In this document: one piece after another, positions 1-10,614 of the stretch
Layout: each line of letters starts with the position of its first letter
How positions within the stretch are numbered: the stretch's first letter is position 1
NCBI GenBank assembly: GCA_023334545.1
Contig: JAADVB010000020.1
Location: forward strand, 62,001-126,000
Reading direction: 5' to 3'
Length of the DNA stretch: 64,000 nucleotides
Source: Salisapilia sapeloensis CBS 127946
Taxonomy: Eukaryota > Protista > Oomycota
Made by a program: the position numbers and the translations under genes
The notes under the pieces: model-generated
Told to the model about the DNA's origin: nothing
What the model saw: only the letters and a program-made list of their open reading frames with translations
Databases searched by the model: none

Positions 1-1147
1 TGGCATTAAGTACGTTCTCCTAATCATCTTGGCCGACCTCGGTATGGTGGTAGCGATTGCCGCATCCGACGGTTTGGTCGTAGAGTTGGAGCAACGAGAA
101 ACAGAAGCTAATCGTGGCCGGGTCCTTTCATCTGTACAAGTTGCTAAACAGTTAATGGTGATCCTCGCTTCCGCCATGGTAGGCTTTGGTCTCAATGGTC
201 CGGATTATGGTGGCTCGTTCTCAGGGTCTATGGGATTTCCGGCTATCATGGGTGTCTGCGCGGCTTTCGCTATCCTTGCTGCTGCTTCCGCTTGGTTCTT
301 TGTAAAAGAAGGCGAAGGACAAAAGCAAAAGTTTCGAGACTACATGCACAGCATCTACGATCTATTGCAAGAACGCGTTGTGTATCAACTCATCGGATTC
401 AACTTCCTGTACTATCTCTTTAACCGCATGAGTGTTACAGCCGTCAGTCCCATTCAAAGTGTATGGGCAGGTGTCGAGCCTGTGAATGATGCGCTTTCAA
501 ACATCCTGTCGGCTCTCATCACATCCCTCACTCTTTACTCTGTGAAGAAATGGGGCCTCAGCTGGAGTTGGCAAGCTGTCATCGTCACATCTCAAGTCGC
601 TGTCGTTGTTATTGACTGCATTCCGACTTACCTAACGATCTGGAATGTGCTACGTAGCCAATGGTTCTGGCTCGGACCTCCATTGCTTGAAGACGTCCCA
701 GATTCCATCACTCGCCTCGTAGGTCAATTCGCAACTCTAGAGATCATTGAGCCTGGGAATGAAGGAGCGATCTTTGGACTGATGAGTTCGTGCACTAGCA
801 TCTCTGCTCCATTCGCGACGGTGATCTATAAGAACATTGACGCAAACTTTGACATCGCACTCACGGACCTCCAACGCGATGACACGGATGTTCGCAATCA
901 AGTGACCTACGTGTACATCATCGCTCATGCATTCCAACTCGCTTCTATCATTTGGGTTTTGATGCTATTGCCTCGTCAGAAGAATGAAACTCAGGAGCTT
1001 AAACGCTCTGGAGGGAAGAGCAATGTCATGGGAATCGCAACGATCATTATCTTCGCTTTCTGTCTTATCTGGGCAGTCATGACGAATCTCATGACGATTT
1101 TCCCATCAACTTCTTGTCTCAAACTGGCTGGAGGAACTGGCTGCTAA
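1..1147 (+). CDS. Folate-biopterin transporter (BT1/FBT family, MFS), 5'-truncated by the window edge
   Basis: Frame is open from position 2 to TAA at 1147. Many TM helices. Motifs SDGLVVELEQRE, GPDYGGSF, EPGNEGAIFGL and LLPRQK are typical of the oomycete BT1 family. Confidence 0.8.
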   Translation, partial: GIKYVLLIILADLGMVVAIAASDGLVVELEQRETEANRGRVLSSVQVAKQLMVILASAMVGFGLNGPDYGGSFSGSMGFPAIMGVCAAFAILAAASAWFFVKEGEGQKQKFRDYMHSIYDLLQERVVYQLIGFNFLYYLFNRMSVTAVSPIQSVWAGVEPVNDALSNILSALITSLTLYSVKKWGLSWSWQAVIVTSQVAVVVIDCIPTYLTIWNVLRSQWFWLGPPLLEDVPDSITRLVGQFATLEIIEPGNEGAIFGLMSSCTSISAPFATVIYKNIDANFDIALTDLQRDDTDVRNQVTYVYIIAHAFQLASIIWVLMLLPRQKNETQELKRSGGKSNVMGIATIIIFAFCLIWAVMTNLMTIFPSTSCLKLAGGTGC

Positions 1148-2066
1148 GGAGTGCTTTGGTAAGATTTGCTGTGAGTCGTCAGACAAACTAGTTGGAGCGT
1201 AGATAATGACTGAACACGTGGTAACTTTAATACAAAATTCTAGGTTACCACATTATGCCTTCAAGCTTTGACTTTTGTTTGCCATGATGCAATCAATATA
1301 CAGCAGCGGTGTACTCGTTCTTAACGACTCGTAGCAGATAGTCCTCCACTACATGACTTGCGTCGATGGCGTAGAAAGAATCTATTTGAATATTTTAGAA
1401 ATCCTCCTTTACCATGTAACTGTAGGTCAGAAGTCCCATAGTACCAACTCCATCTCACATCTCATCATGACAGTAAAGATAAAAGTTGTGAAGCTACGCT
1501 GAATGCATCCATTGGAAGGTACCACCTTCCTCTAGTAGATTGATCGATCAACTCATCGGATAGGCATTAGTTATCGCCAGCATTTCTAATGACTCTACAC
1601 AAACCACCAAGTACCGTTCGAATATGAACATGCGTCATAACCAACATTACCATTTCCCGTGCATCGCTATCGTGAAGCACACAAGTATTCTACTTTTTTT
1701 AATTCGAACTTGCAAGTAACATCCTCGTATTTTACAATGTCTGTTCGTGCCTATGTTCTGTAGAGCTATGGATCTTCCAGAGCTTTCCCTCTGCACCCTC
1801 TTTAACAACACGTCACCAACAGTCATGGCGACAAGTATGTGCAATGTTGCGTAGGCATGAAGTAGACGCGATGCAAGAGCGTTACATCTTTCTTTCGACC
1901 GTAGGAGGATAAGATGGAAAGTGGACGCAAGATCGAACACCTAGTCGAGCCTTCCTCTAGCAACTACCACACTCGATCCTCTTGACATCATGTACCAAAG
2001 CAAATCAATTAAAACCAAAGCGTATTCGTTGCTTTTCAACTTTCCAAAAACAATTTTTTGCCAACC

Positions 2067-3653
2067 TTATGCAGACACGTTTTTCGCTAATGAAGCGATC
2101 TTTTCATGCATCCTCGAATCGAGTTTCTGGAACATCGATTCGGCCTTTTCCAAGTCCGTCTCCACCTGCTTTCGCCATTTCTCCAACACTTCCAACTTCT
2201 CAATCACCGTCCGGTGCATGAGAATGATCACATACTCTGCCGTGTGCAATTTACGCATCCCTTCTATCGAGTGCTGCCCACGCATGTCGCCTGCCGCCGT
2301 CCCTTGTCTTCGCGCGAAATCCGTCACGGCCTGCGGGAACTTGGGCGGCCGGACGTTCATCACTTCCGGTGCGAACTCACCGTATCGACGTCGAGACTCT
2401 GGTTGGAAGAGGTGAGACGCCTGTTCAATCAATTGTCCTGCCTCCAGTGCCATCGGATACGCATCGACGACAAACTCCTTGACCGTGCCCGTGTATTCCG
2501 GTGACACTACGGTCGACATGGCTGTCCGCAAGAGCTGTAGCGCTTGGCGGTACATACTGGTCGCCTGATCCACTTGCCTTCGAATGGAATCACATGCTTT
2601 GGCTTCTGACGAGAACATACTCACGCGCGTGTGTAAGGCATGTACGTCCGGGAGACTCATGGCGTTGAACAAGGTAGTCAAGATATCCTGCTTTTCTTTT
2701 TCCAACCACGACAACTCTTCCGAGATTTCATCATTATTCCCACTAAGGCCTTGACGAATCGATATGCTCGATGTACTTGCTCCTAGATCAAACGACGTTC
2801 GAGATAGAGCATCCGACTTGCGCTCTAGACGCTCGAGCTCTTCGTCCATTCGAACGGACTGGGATAACTTATCACACAACTTGGACTTGAGCTTCTCCAT
2901 CTTGGTGTCTCGATTGATCGTGAACATCCGACGAAATTTGGAATGCTCGTGCTTTTCAATCTTCTTAAGTAAATCCTTTTGGGATTGGATCATCTGATTC
3001 GAGCTACGTCGAGCTTTATTCAGTTCCTGCTTCACTTGCTTTCGCGTCGAATCCACGACGGAAGGGTCTGAGTGGGAGGCTCGGACGAGTCGATCGATCT
3101 CACTGTTCACCTCCTCGAACTTGTGCAGCAACTCGGCGTCAGATGTCGCGGACGCGTTCGATCGCGTATCTCCGCTCGTGGTCCTATCGTGGCCGTTGCC
3201 AAACCCACGACTGCTAGTGTTATTCAGATAGGAAGAGGATAAGGACATTGGCATGGACACGCGAGCACTGTTTCCGAGCGATTGACGCCCGGGGCTCGAA
3301 TCTCGACGCGTACGGAAGGAAGCGGGTTTCGGACGAGAACGTAGGTCCGATGCGTGCTTTCGAAATGAATTCGATGCGTCAGCTGTATTTGCACTGTCGT
3401 TCGAGGTCGCTGCCATGGATGCTGAAGCTGGTGCGCGCGAATCAGTTCTCGCGGCATGGAACATGTTGCTATTACCGGACGCCGTGCGAGACTTCATCCG
3501 CGTGCGTGAGACTTCGTTCACCTGCGTCTGATAGCCTTGGCCGTGCGCCTTGGACTGGTGAGCTGCACGACTGGATGCGTCGCCTGGGACCGCCGTCATG
3601 GACTCTGGCATCAGCACTCGAACTTGTGAATGCGTCGACCTCGTTCTCTCCAA
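2067..3653 (-). CDS. Hypothetical protein, Ser/Arg-rich disordered N-terminus plus coiled-coil/helical C-terminal half
   Basis: Uninterrupted 528-aa ORF; no family recognised. Confidence 0.75.
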   Translation of the reverse strand: MERTRSTHSQVRVLMPESMTAVPGDASSRAAHQSKAHGQGYQTQVNEVSRTRMKSRTASGNSNMFHAARTDSRAPASASMAATSNDSANTADASNSFRKHASDLRSRPKPASFRTRRDSSPGRQSLGNSARVSMPMSLSSSYLNNTSSRGFGNGHDRTTSGDTRSNASATSDAELLHKFEEVNSEIDRLVRASHSDPSVVDSTRKQVKQELNKARRSSNQMIQSQKDLLKKIEKHEHSKFRRMFTINRDTKMEKLKSKLCDKLSQSVRMDEELERLERKSDALSRTSFDLGASTSSISIRQGLSGNNDEISEELSWLEKEKQDILTTLFNAMSLPDVHALHTRVSMFSSEAKACDSIRRQVDQATSMYRQALQLLRTAMSTVVSPEYTGTVKEFVVDAYPMALEAGQLIEQASHLFQPESRRRYGEFAPEVMNVRPPKFPQAVTDFARRQGTAAGDMRGQHSIEGMRKLHTAEYVIILMHRTVIEKLEVLEKWRKQVETDLEKAESMFQKLDSRMHEKIASLAKNVSA

Positions 3654-3985
3654 GACTCCTTGGCTCCAGGTATACTTTATGCAAGTGAACGATATTCAGT
3701 GGAAAATGCACCAATGACAGCTTCCAGCGCGAAGCTAATGGTCGTTCGAGGAAAGAGATACAGTCCCAGATGATGCGTCGAGTCCAAGTGGACTGCGCTC
3801 GGTACTTGGTAGATAGTAGCAGTCTAATTAGTCGGGTCGTTCAAGTAGCATCGCCAGTCAAAGAGAAATAATCGAGTTAAAGGACGCTTCATGAGTGAGA
3901 TATGAATCATTACGTTCGCCTGCCTTTAGTTCGTACGAGCAACAACAGTCAGCCAGGAAACTAGTATCGTCATGCGTTTAAGTTT

Positions 3986-4874
3986 CTACCTACTCGACTT
4001 GGTAACGATGCAGAAAAATCGCTTGTATGGCCAAACGGTGTTACCATCAACCGCTTTCGGATAAGCTTTCGACACAAGGTGCCGGTACTTGCGCTCAAAA
4101 GTCATGCCATCAGACGCATCCCGACCCCCCAGCGCCTCTATAAATGGACCTAAGGCAGTTGAACCCGTGAAGTCGGCTACCGGATTTTCCCCGGGTAGTA
4201 CCTGCGAATAGGTGGTGGACCACATGTCGATTGCCGCATTTGTATCCAACGATTGAAAGAGGTCGTAGTAGAACGAAGGATCGCGCTCACACCGGACGAG
4301 TCGAACGTCCGCTAGGCGGTCACTCCAGCCTAGAACCCTCGCCGTTTCCAGTATGAGATCGTGACTCGGTTGCCCTCGAGTGTCCGGGATCTGGAACGCG
4401 AGCGTGCCACCTGGATGTAAGAATCCAAAGAAGCGTCGTAATAGCGCTACTTGGGTGTCAACGTCGACCCAGTGCAACGCAGCGTTCGAATAGATAATAT
4501 CCACCGGCTCAGATGGCGTGTACTCTTCAAAGCTGCATTGTGTGTATTTAATGGCAGGAAGGTCTGCATGTGCCTCCTTGGCTTTTTGTAGCATTTCTGC
4601 TGACGAGTCTACCAACTCTACCTTGGCACTCGGCCAGCGTTGTCTGGTACTTGTAGACTTAACACATTACAAAAAACTATGCAAATATGAAATAAATGTA
4701 CAGGAAATGAGGAGCCATGCTGCCAGTGCCAGCGCCAATGTCTACCAAGCGTTTCGATCCATTTGCATTGCTAGATTCGACAGTCGGGACACGCGCTAGC
4801 AACTCGATGGCTGGGCGCAACCGCTGCTTCTGAAAAGCCAGGTACTTGCCTGGATTCCAAACTTGCGAGGCCAT
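3986..4874 (-). CDS. tam: Trans-aconitate 2-methyltransferase (bacterial Tam-type class I SAM methyltransferase), 2 exons
   Basis: ATG at 4874; GT-AG intron 4701-4644 (58 nt) joins ...APHFL|QRWPSAK. Motifs WNPGKYLAFQKQRLRPAIELLARV, VDIGAGTG, DIIYSNAALHWV and the C-terminal YPKAVDGNTVWPYKRFF match Tam. Confidence 0.85.
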
Positions 4875-5302
4875 TGTAGATAAAGCTGCTAATGCACGTT
4901 CCAGCACTGGTACGATGCAAATCCAAAGTACGTGTTTAGCCCCATATTGACTTGAAGAAAGTATGATAGGACTAGGTAGAAGAGAAGAACCGGAAAAGAA
5001 AGCATTTGCTTATAAACAAGGTGAGCAAAGATCAGAAAGAAAAGATACGATTCCTACATCCGAACATTTTACTGGAAACTTTACTTGGGTCTACGATAGA
5101 CATGCTTTTGCCTTTTTATGCCTTCGCACGAAGTGTCCGGACCGAGTACACCCCAAAATACCATTCCTTCTTGTGCACCATTTTGATTTGCTAATATAGA
5201 TCGAAATGCTTCTATGCTAGCGAATCAGCTTTCGGAATAGTTATTTTGATGAATGTATGGAATCCGCCACCAGTGCTACAACGAAAATAAGTTTGGATCG
5301 AG

Positions 5303-5972
5303 ATGGTGCGCATGCCGCATAATAACCGCATGCATAGCAGCTCTACGCTGCAGACGAATGGTATTTGGAAAAACACCATCGGCTACGACCCGTATGCTGC
5401 CGAGGTACGAGCAATTGATACTACAAACTCGATAAACATGATCCTTATAAATGAATATCAAGTAGAATGAAGAAAAGCAGTCGTATGCAGCTTCGCAAGA
5501 GCAGTCACAGGGTCTAATGGCGCTTGCCAAGCTGTCAAATATAAACAATGGGAGCCGTGGGGCGTGCAAAAAGTGTGGCATGATGGGCCATCTCACCTTT
5601 CAATGCCGTAATTTCCTCGATGACACCTCTACAAAGAAGGAGGTCGAGTCCTCAGACGATTCATCTAGCGACGACAACTCTTCCAGCTCAGATTCAGACT
5701 CAGATAATGGTGCATCAAAACGTAAAGACGAACTTAAGAAGCGTGATCGATCAAGAAGCAAAAGTCGATCTCCTAAACGCAGCGACAGAAAGAGGAAGAG
5801 CGTTGATGACTCGTCTAGGAAACGCCGTCGAGATGACAGTTCAGACGAAGAGAATAGTAAAAGTAAAAAGAGGCGGAAACACAAGTCCAAGCACTCGAAA
5901 AAGCATAAGAAGGAAAAGCATCGAAAGCATCGTAAAAGCTCCAAGAAGCATCGACGTAGATCATCCGAATAA
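5303..5972 (+). CDS. CAX-interacting protein 4 (CXIP4)-like zinc-knuckle, RS/Lys-rich protein, 2 exons
   Basis: Exon 1 (5303-5404) encodes MVRMPHNNRMHSSSTLQTNGIWKNTIGYDPYA, the CXIP4 N-terminal signature. Intron 5405-5465. CKKCGMMGHLTFQC knuckle, Ser/Asp tract and basic tail. Confidence 0.85.
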
Positions 5973-6159
5973 ATTCCTCTTCTGTTCTATCCATTCATGG
6001 CTATCCATATCACTTCCATCCTATCAATGCCACAAGACTAAAAATATCTAATAGAAAGACTCCAGTCGACACGCATCGACCCGTACCTCTTGTATCACCG
6101 AATGTTCCATCATTGTACCGGAAGACAGAATTAAATCTTGGGAAAAAGACAAGGTGGAC

Positions 6160-6972
6160 ATGGTGAAGACATCCGTCAAGCTTACCAAGGTAGATAATAG
6201 CGAAGGCAAAGTCGAGCGAGATGACGCTGACTACGTCCCAACTCACTTGCGTCCATACGTCTTCCACTCACAGGACGATTTCTACGTCTCTCGGTCCTTT
6301 GACGCGTTGCTCGTGGCACACCTCATGTACGAAGGTTTTTTGCCCATTGCGACCAAATACAGGTCTCAATACATCCTCCTCCCGAAACTCCATCGAGAGC
6401 GATGTATTCTACTCCTAGATGCTGCACCACATATCCCGAAATCCGTGAAAAAGAAGAGCAAAAAGTATATTTTATCCTTAAACCAGGATTTCGATGGCGT
6501 CGTCGCGGGCTGCCACGCTCAGCACGGCGAAGCATGGCTCTACCCTCCTATCGTCGATGCCTTTCGAAAGCTATCCGATGCCAAGATGAACGGGTATGAG
6601 CTCTACAAAGACTGTCGGATACGGTTCTTCACGATCGAAATTCGGGATGCAGCGTCCAATGCGCTCGTGGCCGGAGAGCTCGGGTACACTGCCGGTCAAG
6701 TCTACACGAGTCTCACGGGTTTCAGTAACGCCAGTGGTGCCGGCACGATCCAACTACATGCGCTCAGTCGACTCCTGTACCGCTGCGGGTTCAAAATGTG
6801 GGATCTAGGCATGAGCATGCCGTACAAGCAGAGTCTCGGTGCATCGGACGTCGAACGAGATGTGTTTCTCAGCCATTTACACGAACACCGGACGACTGAT
6901 TTATTACTAGATCTACCTACCACAAGTGGCACTTGCATGAATACGAAAACGTTGCTAGAACTGAACGAATAA
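6160..6972 (+). CDS. Leucyl/phenylalanyl-tRNA-protein transferase-like (Aat/ATEL1 family) aminoacyl transferase
   Basis: Motifs LLPKLHRERC, HGEAWL, LVAGELGY and YTSLTGF...GAGTIQL...GFKMWDLGM..YKQSLGA, recalled as typical of eukaryotic L/F-transferase homologues. Confidence 0.8.
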   Translation: MVKTSVKLTKVDNSEGKVERDDADYVPTHLRPYVFHSQDDFYVSRSFDALLVAHLMYEGFLPIATKYRSQYILLPKLHRERCILLLDAAPHIPKSVKKKSKKYILSLNQDFDGVVAGCHAQHGEAWLYPPIVDAFRKLSDAKMNGYELYKDCRIRFFTIEIRDAASNALVAGELGYTAGQVYTSLTGFSNASGAGTIQLHALSRLLYRCGFKMWDLGMSMPYKQSLGASDVERDVFLSHLHEHRTTDLLLDLPTTSGTCMNTKTLLELNE

Positions 6973-6998
6973 AAGGCATAATTCCGTACGTACTTGCA

Positions 6999-8795
6999 CT
7001 AGAGGAAGCCTGCTTCCGACAGACTATTCACGAACAGAATGCTTTCTTGCGTATTTGCATTCCGAGCAAGCTGTCGTAACACACTTGCGTCTTTCCGAAC
7101 GGTTTCAAATCGCTGACGCAACCGCATCTGGACATTCCGATCGTGGCGCAGTACACCTTTGCCGTTGCGTGCGATGCCAAAGAAGTTCGCACCAGTCGGT
7201 GGCAAGTACGCCAAGTTTCCACTCCCTAACGCATCATGAATGACTCGATAGATCTTTCGGAACTTGTGCCAATTCACCAGGCCATCGACATGTGTCTTGA
7301 TCCCTTCTTCCATCGCAAAGAGATCTTTTACTAGAAGGAAAGAGCACGGGAGCCTCGCGTGGCCTTGGCCAACACTAAACGCATGGCGGTAGTTCCGATA
7401 GTTATCCTCTGGACTACAAGCTTGCTGGAGGATCTCGTATTTTTCCTGGGAGGTGGCTGGGACGAGACCCCATGCAGTCGTCAGCTGCCGGATGCTCGGT
7501 GCTGTGATCCCTGTGGTCACTTGGAACATGGTGTTAAAGTTGCGCATCTCGAGACACGCGTCGGCGACGTCGATGAACAGGACGATGAGCTTAGCGCGCT
7601 CGGCTGGTTGCAGCTGAGGATGTAGGATTTCACTCGACACCCATTCGACTGTCGCGTCGAAGAGCTCGATCAGCTTGACAATGTGTGGTGCATCCTCCTG
7701 CTTCGTTTCTTTTGTCCATGCTTTTTGCGTCAGTTCTCGCCAATTGATCGGAGCAAAGTAACTCTCTACTTCCATGAGCGTCAATTGGTCGGCAATCTCC
7801 TGTGCTGAGAGACCGGAGAGAGGTTCAATACTATCGAAACTAGCTTTAGCCGTCGAGAGGATACGTTTCCGACGGTCCTCTCCTTCTGTATGTGATCTAT
7901 GCTTTCTACCGCTACTCAGCACTTCCTCTGGTGCTTCGTGATGTCTCAGCATTTCGTTCGCTCGAGACCGGACTTGATAGATATCGCCACTTCCCTGTCG
8001 TGTCTTGAGACGTACCATCGACCTCTCCTTCTTATGATCCGATGCAGACCTTTTGAGCGTTAATTTCGTCATAGCTTCTGGTAGCAACTTTTCTCTACTC
8101 GTAGCTTCCTTCTGTCGGTCTGGAGAAGTGTGGGTTGGAGACAGATGCAACGGTGGCGGACTATGAATGGGCGAAGGCGCACTTCGAGGACAGGAATTCG
8201 ATGATGGATTCGACTGGAGGAACTTTTTAACGACATATAACACGCTTTCTCCGTGCTTTTGGACGCATCGAATGGGACAAGTACGTTGGATGTCCGCTAG
8301 GAAACTCAATAGTTTCTTCTGAGCACGTCGATCTCGACGCAAGTCTCGTTCAATATACCCACTCTCTTTCACCCAGTATTTTATCACTGCAAGCAGTCGC
8401 ATGATAGCGACACTAGCTCCAGTTGCAGAGCGCATGTCGGAATGGGCAGAGATGTCAGATAGAGTCGTGGAAGAAGTGTCCGTTTGGTCATCTAGTGACA
8501 ACTCGGCTAGTAAACGATCGGTTCGACGCAAGTCGGAGGCGTCGCTCTTCGAATAAAGAGATAGGACAGCAGCGTACCGTTTCATGAGCTTCTTGATAAA
8601 GTCGTAAGTGGTACAGAAGGATGGGAATGTGAGTAGAAAGGCATCTCGGAACTCATTGTCCAACTCTCGTGCGTCCGTCAGGCGAGCGATGAGTTTGCCG
8701 AGAGACGCCTGTGAGATCTCGCGGCGAGTGTTCTGAGCTTTAGCATGATCACTTTCGTATCGAACGCGGTCACGTTGGTGTGCTGACCGCTGCAT
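6999..8795 (-). CDS. RasGEF (REM/RasGEF_N plus CDC25 domain)
   Basis: FRDAFLLTFPSF (REM), AQEIADQLTLME, WVSSEIL, RNFNTMFQVTTGI and SPEDNYRNYR (CDC25). First likely ATG at 8795 (MQRSAH). Confidence 0.85.
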   Translation of the reverse strand: MQRSAHQRDRVRYESDHAKAQNTRREISQASLGKLIARLTDARELDNEFRDAFLLTFPSFCTTYDFIKKLMKRYAAVLSLYSKSDASDLRRTDRLLAELSLDDQTDTSSTTLSDISAHSDMRSATGASVAIMRLLAVIKYWVKESGYIERDLRRDRRAQKKLLSFLADIQRTCPIRCVQKHGESVLYVVKKFLQSNPSSNSCPRSAPSPIHSPPPLHLSPTHTSPDRQKEATSREKLLPEAMTKLTLKRSASDHKKERSMVRLKTRQGSGDIYQVRSRANEMLRHHEAPEEVLSSGRKHRSHTEGEDRRKRILSTAKASFDSIEPLSGLSAQEIADQLTLMEVESYFAPINWRELTQKAWTKETKQEDAPHIVKLIELFDATVEWVSSEILHPQLQPAERAKLIVLFIDVADACLEMRNFNTMFQVTTGITAPSIRQLTTAWGLVPATSQEKYEILQQACSPEDNYRNYRHAFSVGQGHARLPCSFLLVKDLFAMEEGIKTHVDGLVNWHKFRKIYRVIHDALGSGNLAYLPPTGANFFGIARNGKGVLRHDRNVQMRLRQRFETVRKDASVLRQLARNANTQESILFVNSLSEAGFL

Positions 8796-10042
8796 GGAGG
8801 GCAGGAAGCAGAGTTCGGTGCACTTTTCACGTTTTGTCCTTGTTGGGGCTCGAATACCGTGCAATCGTATGTGCCTGTAGGAATACATATCTGAGAAAGT
8901 TGTTTAGACCATGCTACACTGATGGATGACCTTCGATATAGAATGTGAAGGTACCAGTCGATTTTCGTTCGGTTGTTGGGTTTATCCAGACGTTGGTGTA
9001 GGTTGTGGCAGGCCGTGACAGTAGCTAATGGCACGCGCGATATTTTCATTGACTTCAATTTCTTTGGATGCACGGATTAGATCAAGGATGCCTACATTCG
9101 AGCATAACGTAGATCGGAGATCAGTTTGATGTCAAAGACTCTTGTAGAAGGCATCGTTAACTTTGATACTAGCACCGCTACCCAGGAAACTTCAACTTTG
9201 TTCACATGCACAACACTGGACGGATAGTTCCTATTTTTCATGGCTTGACAAGCTGCCATAGTAGAGTCGGGGACGCTTAAACACTATTGTGAGCTAGAGT
9301 ATCCTAGTCGTATGGTAGCGAACGCATACGAAGCGATGCGTTTGCAACAAAGATACTTCTGTATATTTTCCATTTTCTATGCTTCACATTCGGCGCTAGA
9401 CCATGCTTGATCGTGAAGTAGGCTGGTACGACTCAAAGGTACGGAAGCGATCATGTTGGAAATAGAGTGTACATCCTTGGTCTTCACAAACTCTATAACA
9501 GCGTCCAAGGATTCATACCGCTTTTTTGGTTTATTTCGTAAATCGTATACTTCGATGATCGACGTGTGAACGTAAATGATATCTCGGATTCTACTGGGAA
9601 GGAATTATTTGGAAGCTATTTTAGAATTTATTCCAAATAGAATAAGACTAGCTTTCCTATTTAAAAGTAATTTCTATGACTACTTGATATCTCGTAGTTT
9701 GCAGCGCACTACCGAGGCGTACTAAAATGTATGGGTTTTTAAATGCATGTACGATGACAATCTACGATCCGGATTGCAACATTTCTATTTGCAAGCGCTA
9801 CACTTGGCCGAATGTGGTGAATCAGTTATTCGTGCGTTGTTGTAAAAGCAGTATATCCATTCGAAATCTACCTTAAGATACTTTACAGTAGCACGGCAAC
9901 AAGTAACATCCGAAGTATCACATCCTATTCACATGAATAGGAAACTACTATTAATTTCGAAATAAATCTTACACCGCACATATTCTTCTAAAAAAGAAAG
10001 CCGTTGCCAGTAGTAGCCATCCGAAAGAGCATCAAGTAAATC

Positions 10043-10053
10043 AAAAATAAAAA
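10043..10053 (-). terminator. Pol III terminator (T5-A-T5) of tRNA-Leu
   Basis: Two T5 runs start 5 nt downstream of the tRNA 3' end on the minus strand. Confidence 0.75.
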
Positions 10054-10058
10054 GGAAC

Positions 10059-10140
10059 TGTCAGCGGTGGGATTTGAACCCACGAGTGCGAACACAGTAG
10101 AACTTGAGTCTACCCCCTTGGACCGCTCGGGCACACTGAC
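10059..10140 (-). tRNA. trnL-CAA: tRNA-Leu(CAA), intronless, long variable arm
   Basis: Minus strand GTCAGTGTGCCCGAGCGGTCCAAGGGGGTAGACTCAAGTTCTACTGTGTTCGCACTCGTGGGTTCAAATCCCACCGCTGACA; anticodon stem GTAGA/TCTAC around CTCAAGT; A and B boxes intact. Confidence 0.97.
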
Positions 10141-10542
10141 AGTTGAAACTGTGTACTACTGTAACATATAAAAACAATATTAAAAGTAAACAACTAAACT
10201 TGGCAATAAATCGTGAAATAAATCGAAGTGTTTGCATTCCTACATTAGACTTGGATATCTTGCAATCATAGATCAACTTTGCGTTATGTAGGAAGCATTA
10301 GTGACCAAAAATGCCTCGCCGCTTCGTGGCGAAGCGTCGTTTCTATCTAGCTCCAGCAACCACATTTCTCATGTAGGAGCCGTTTCCAGATCCAAAACGG
10401 ACGAAAGAAAGCTCTTCCTCCGCCAATAAAGACTGCACAGACCAACGGACACCTTGGCTAACGCGCCTTTTCCAACTAACAGGAGCACTAGGAGTCGCCC
10501 ACCTTCCCATCGAGCTCGCGTAAAAATAAACAATCGTCCATT

Positions 10543-10552
10543 ATATAAATAG
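10543..10552. promoter_or_regulatory. MEF2-like/TATA-like element ATATAAATAG upstream of the MADS gene
   Basis: 9/10 match to YTA(W)4TAR; exact inverted copy at 10655-10664; also reads as a TATA box. Confidence 0.35.
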
Positions 10553-10614
10553 CCCCTCGGCAGCAGAGCCACCTCCTTCTTCTCTCGCTTCAGGCAGTCA
10601 CTCTCTTCATCCAC

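Noticed and set aside
1514-1551. Adjacent short hairpin (GGAAGGT-ACC-ACCTTCC) and 12-bp palindrome TTGATCGATCAA
   Set aside because: Short enough to arise by chance; no second copy or TIR/TSD structure seen.
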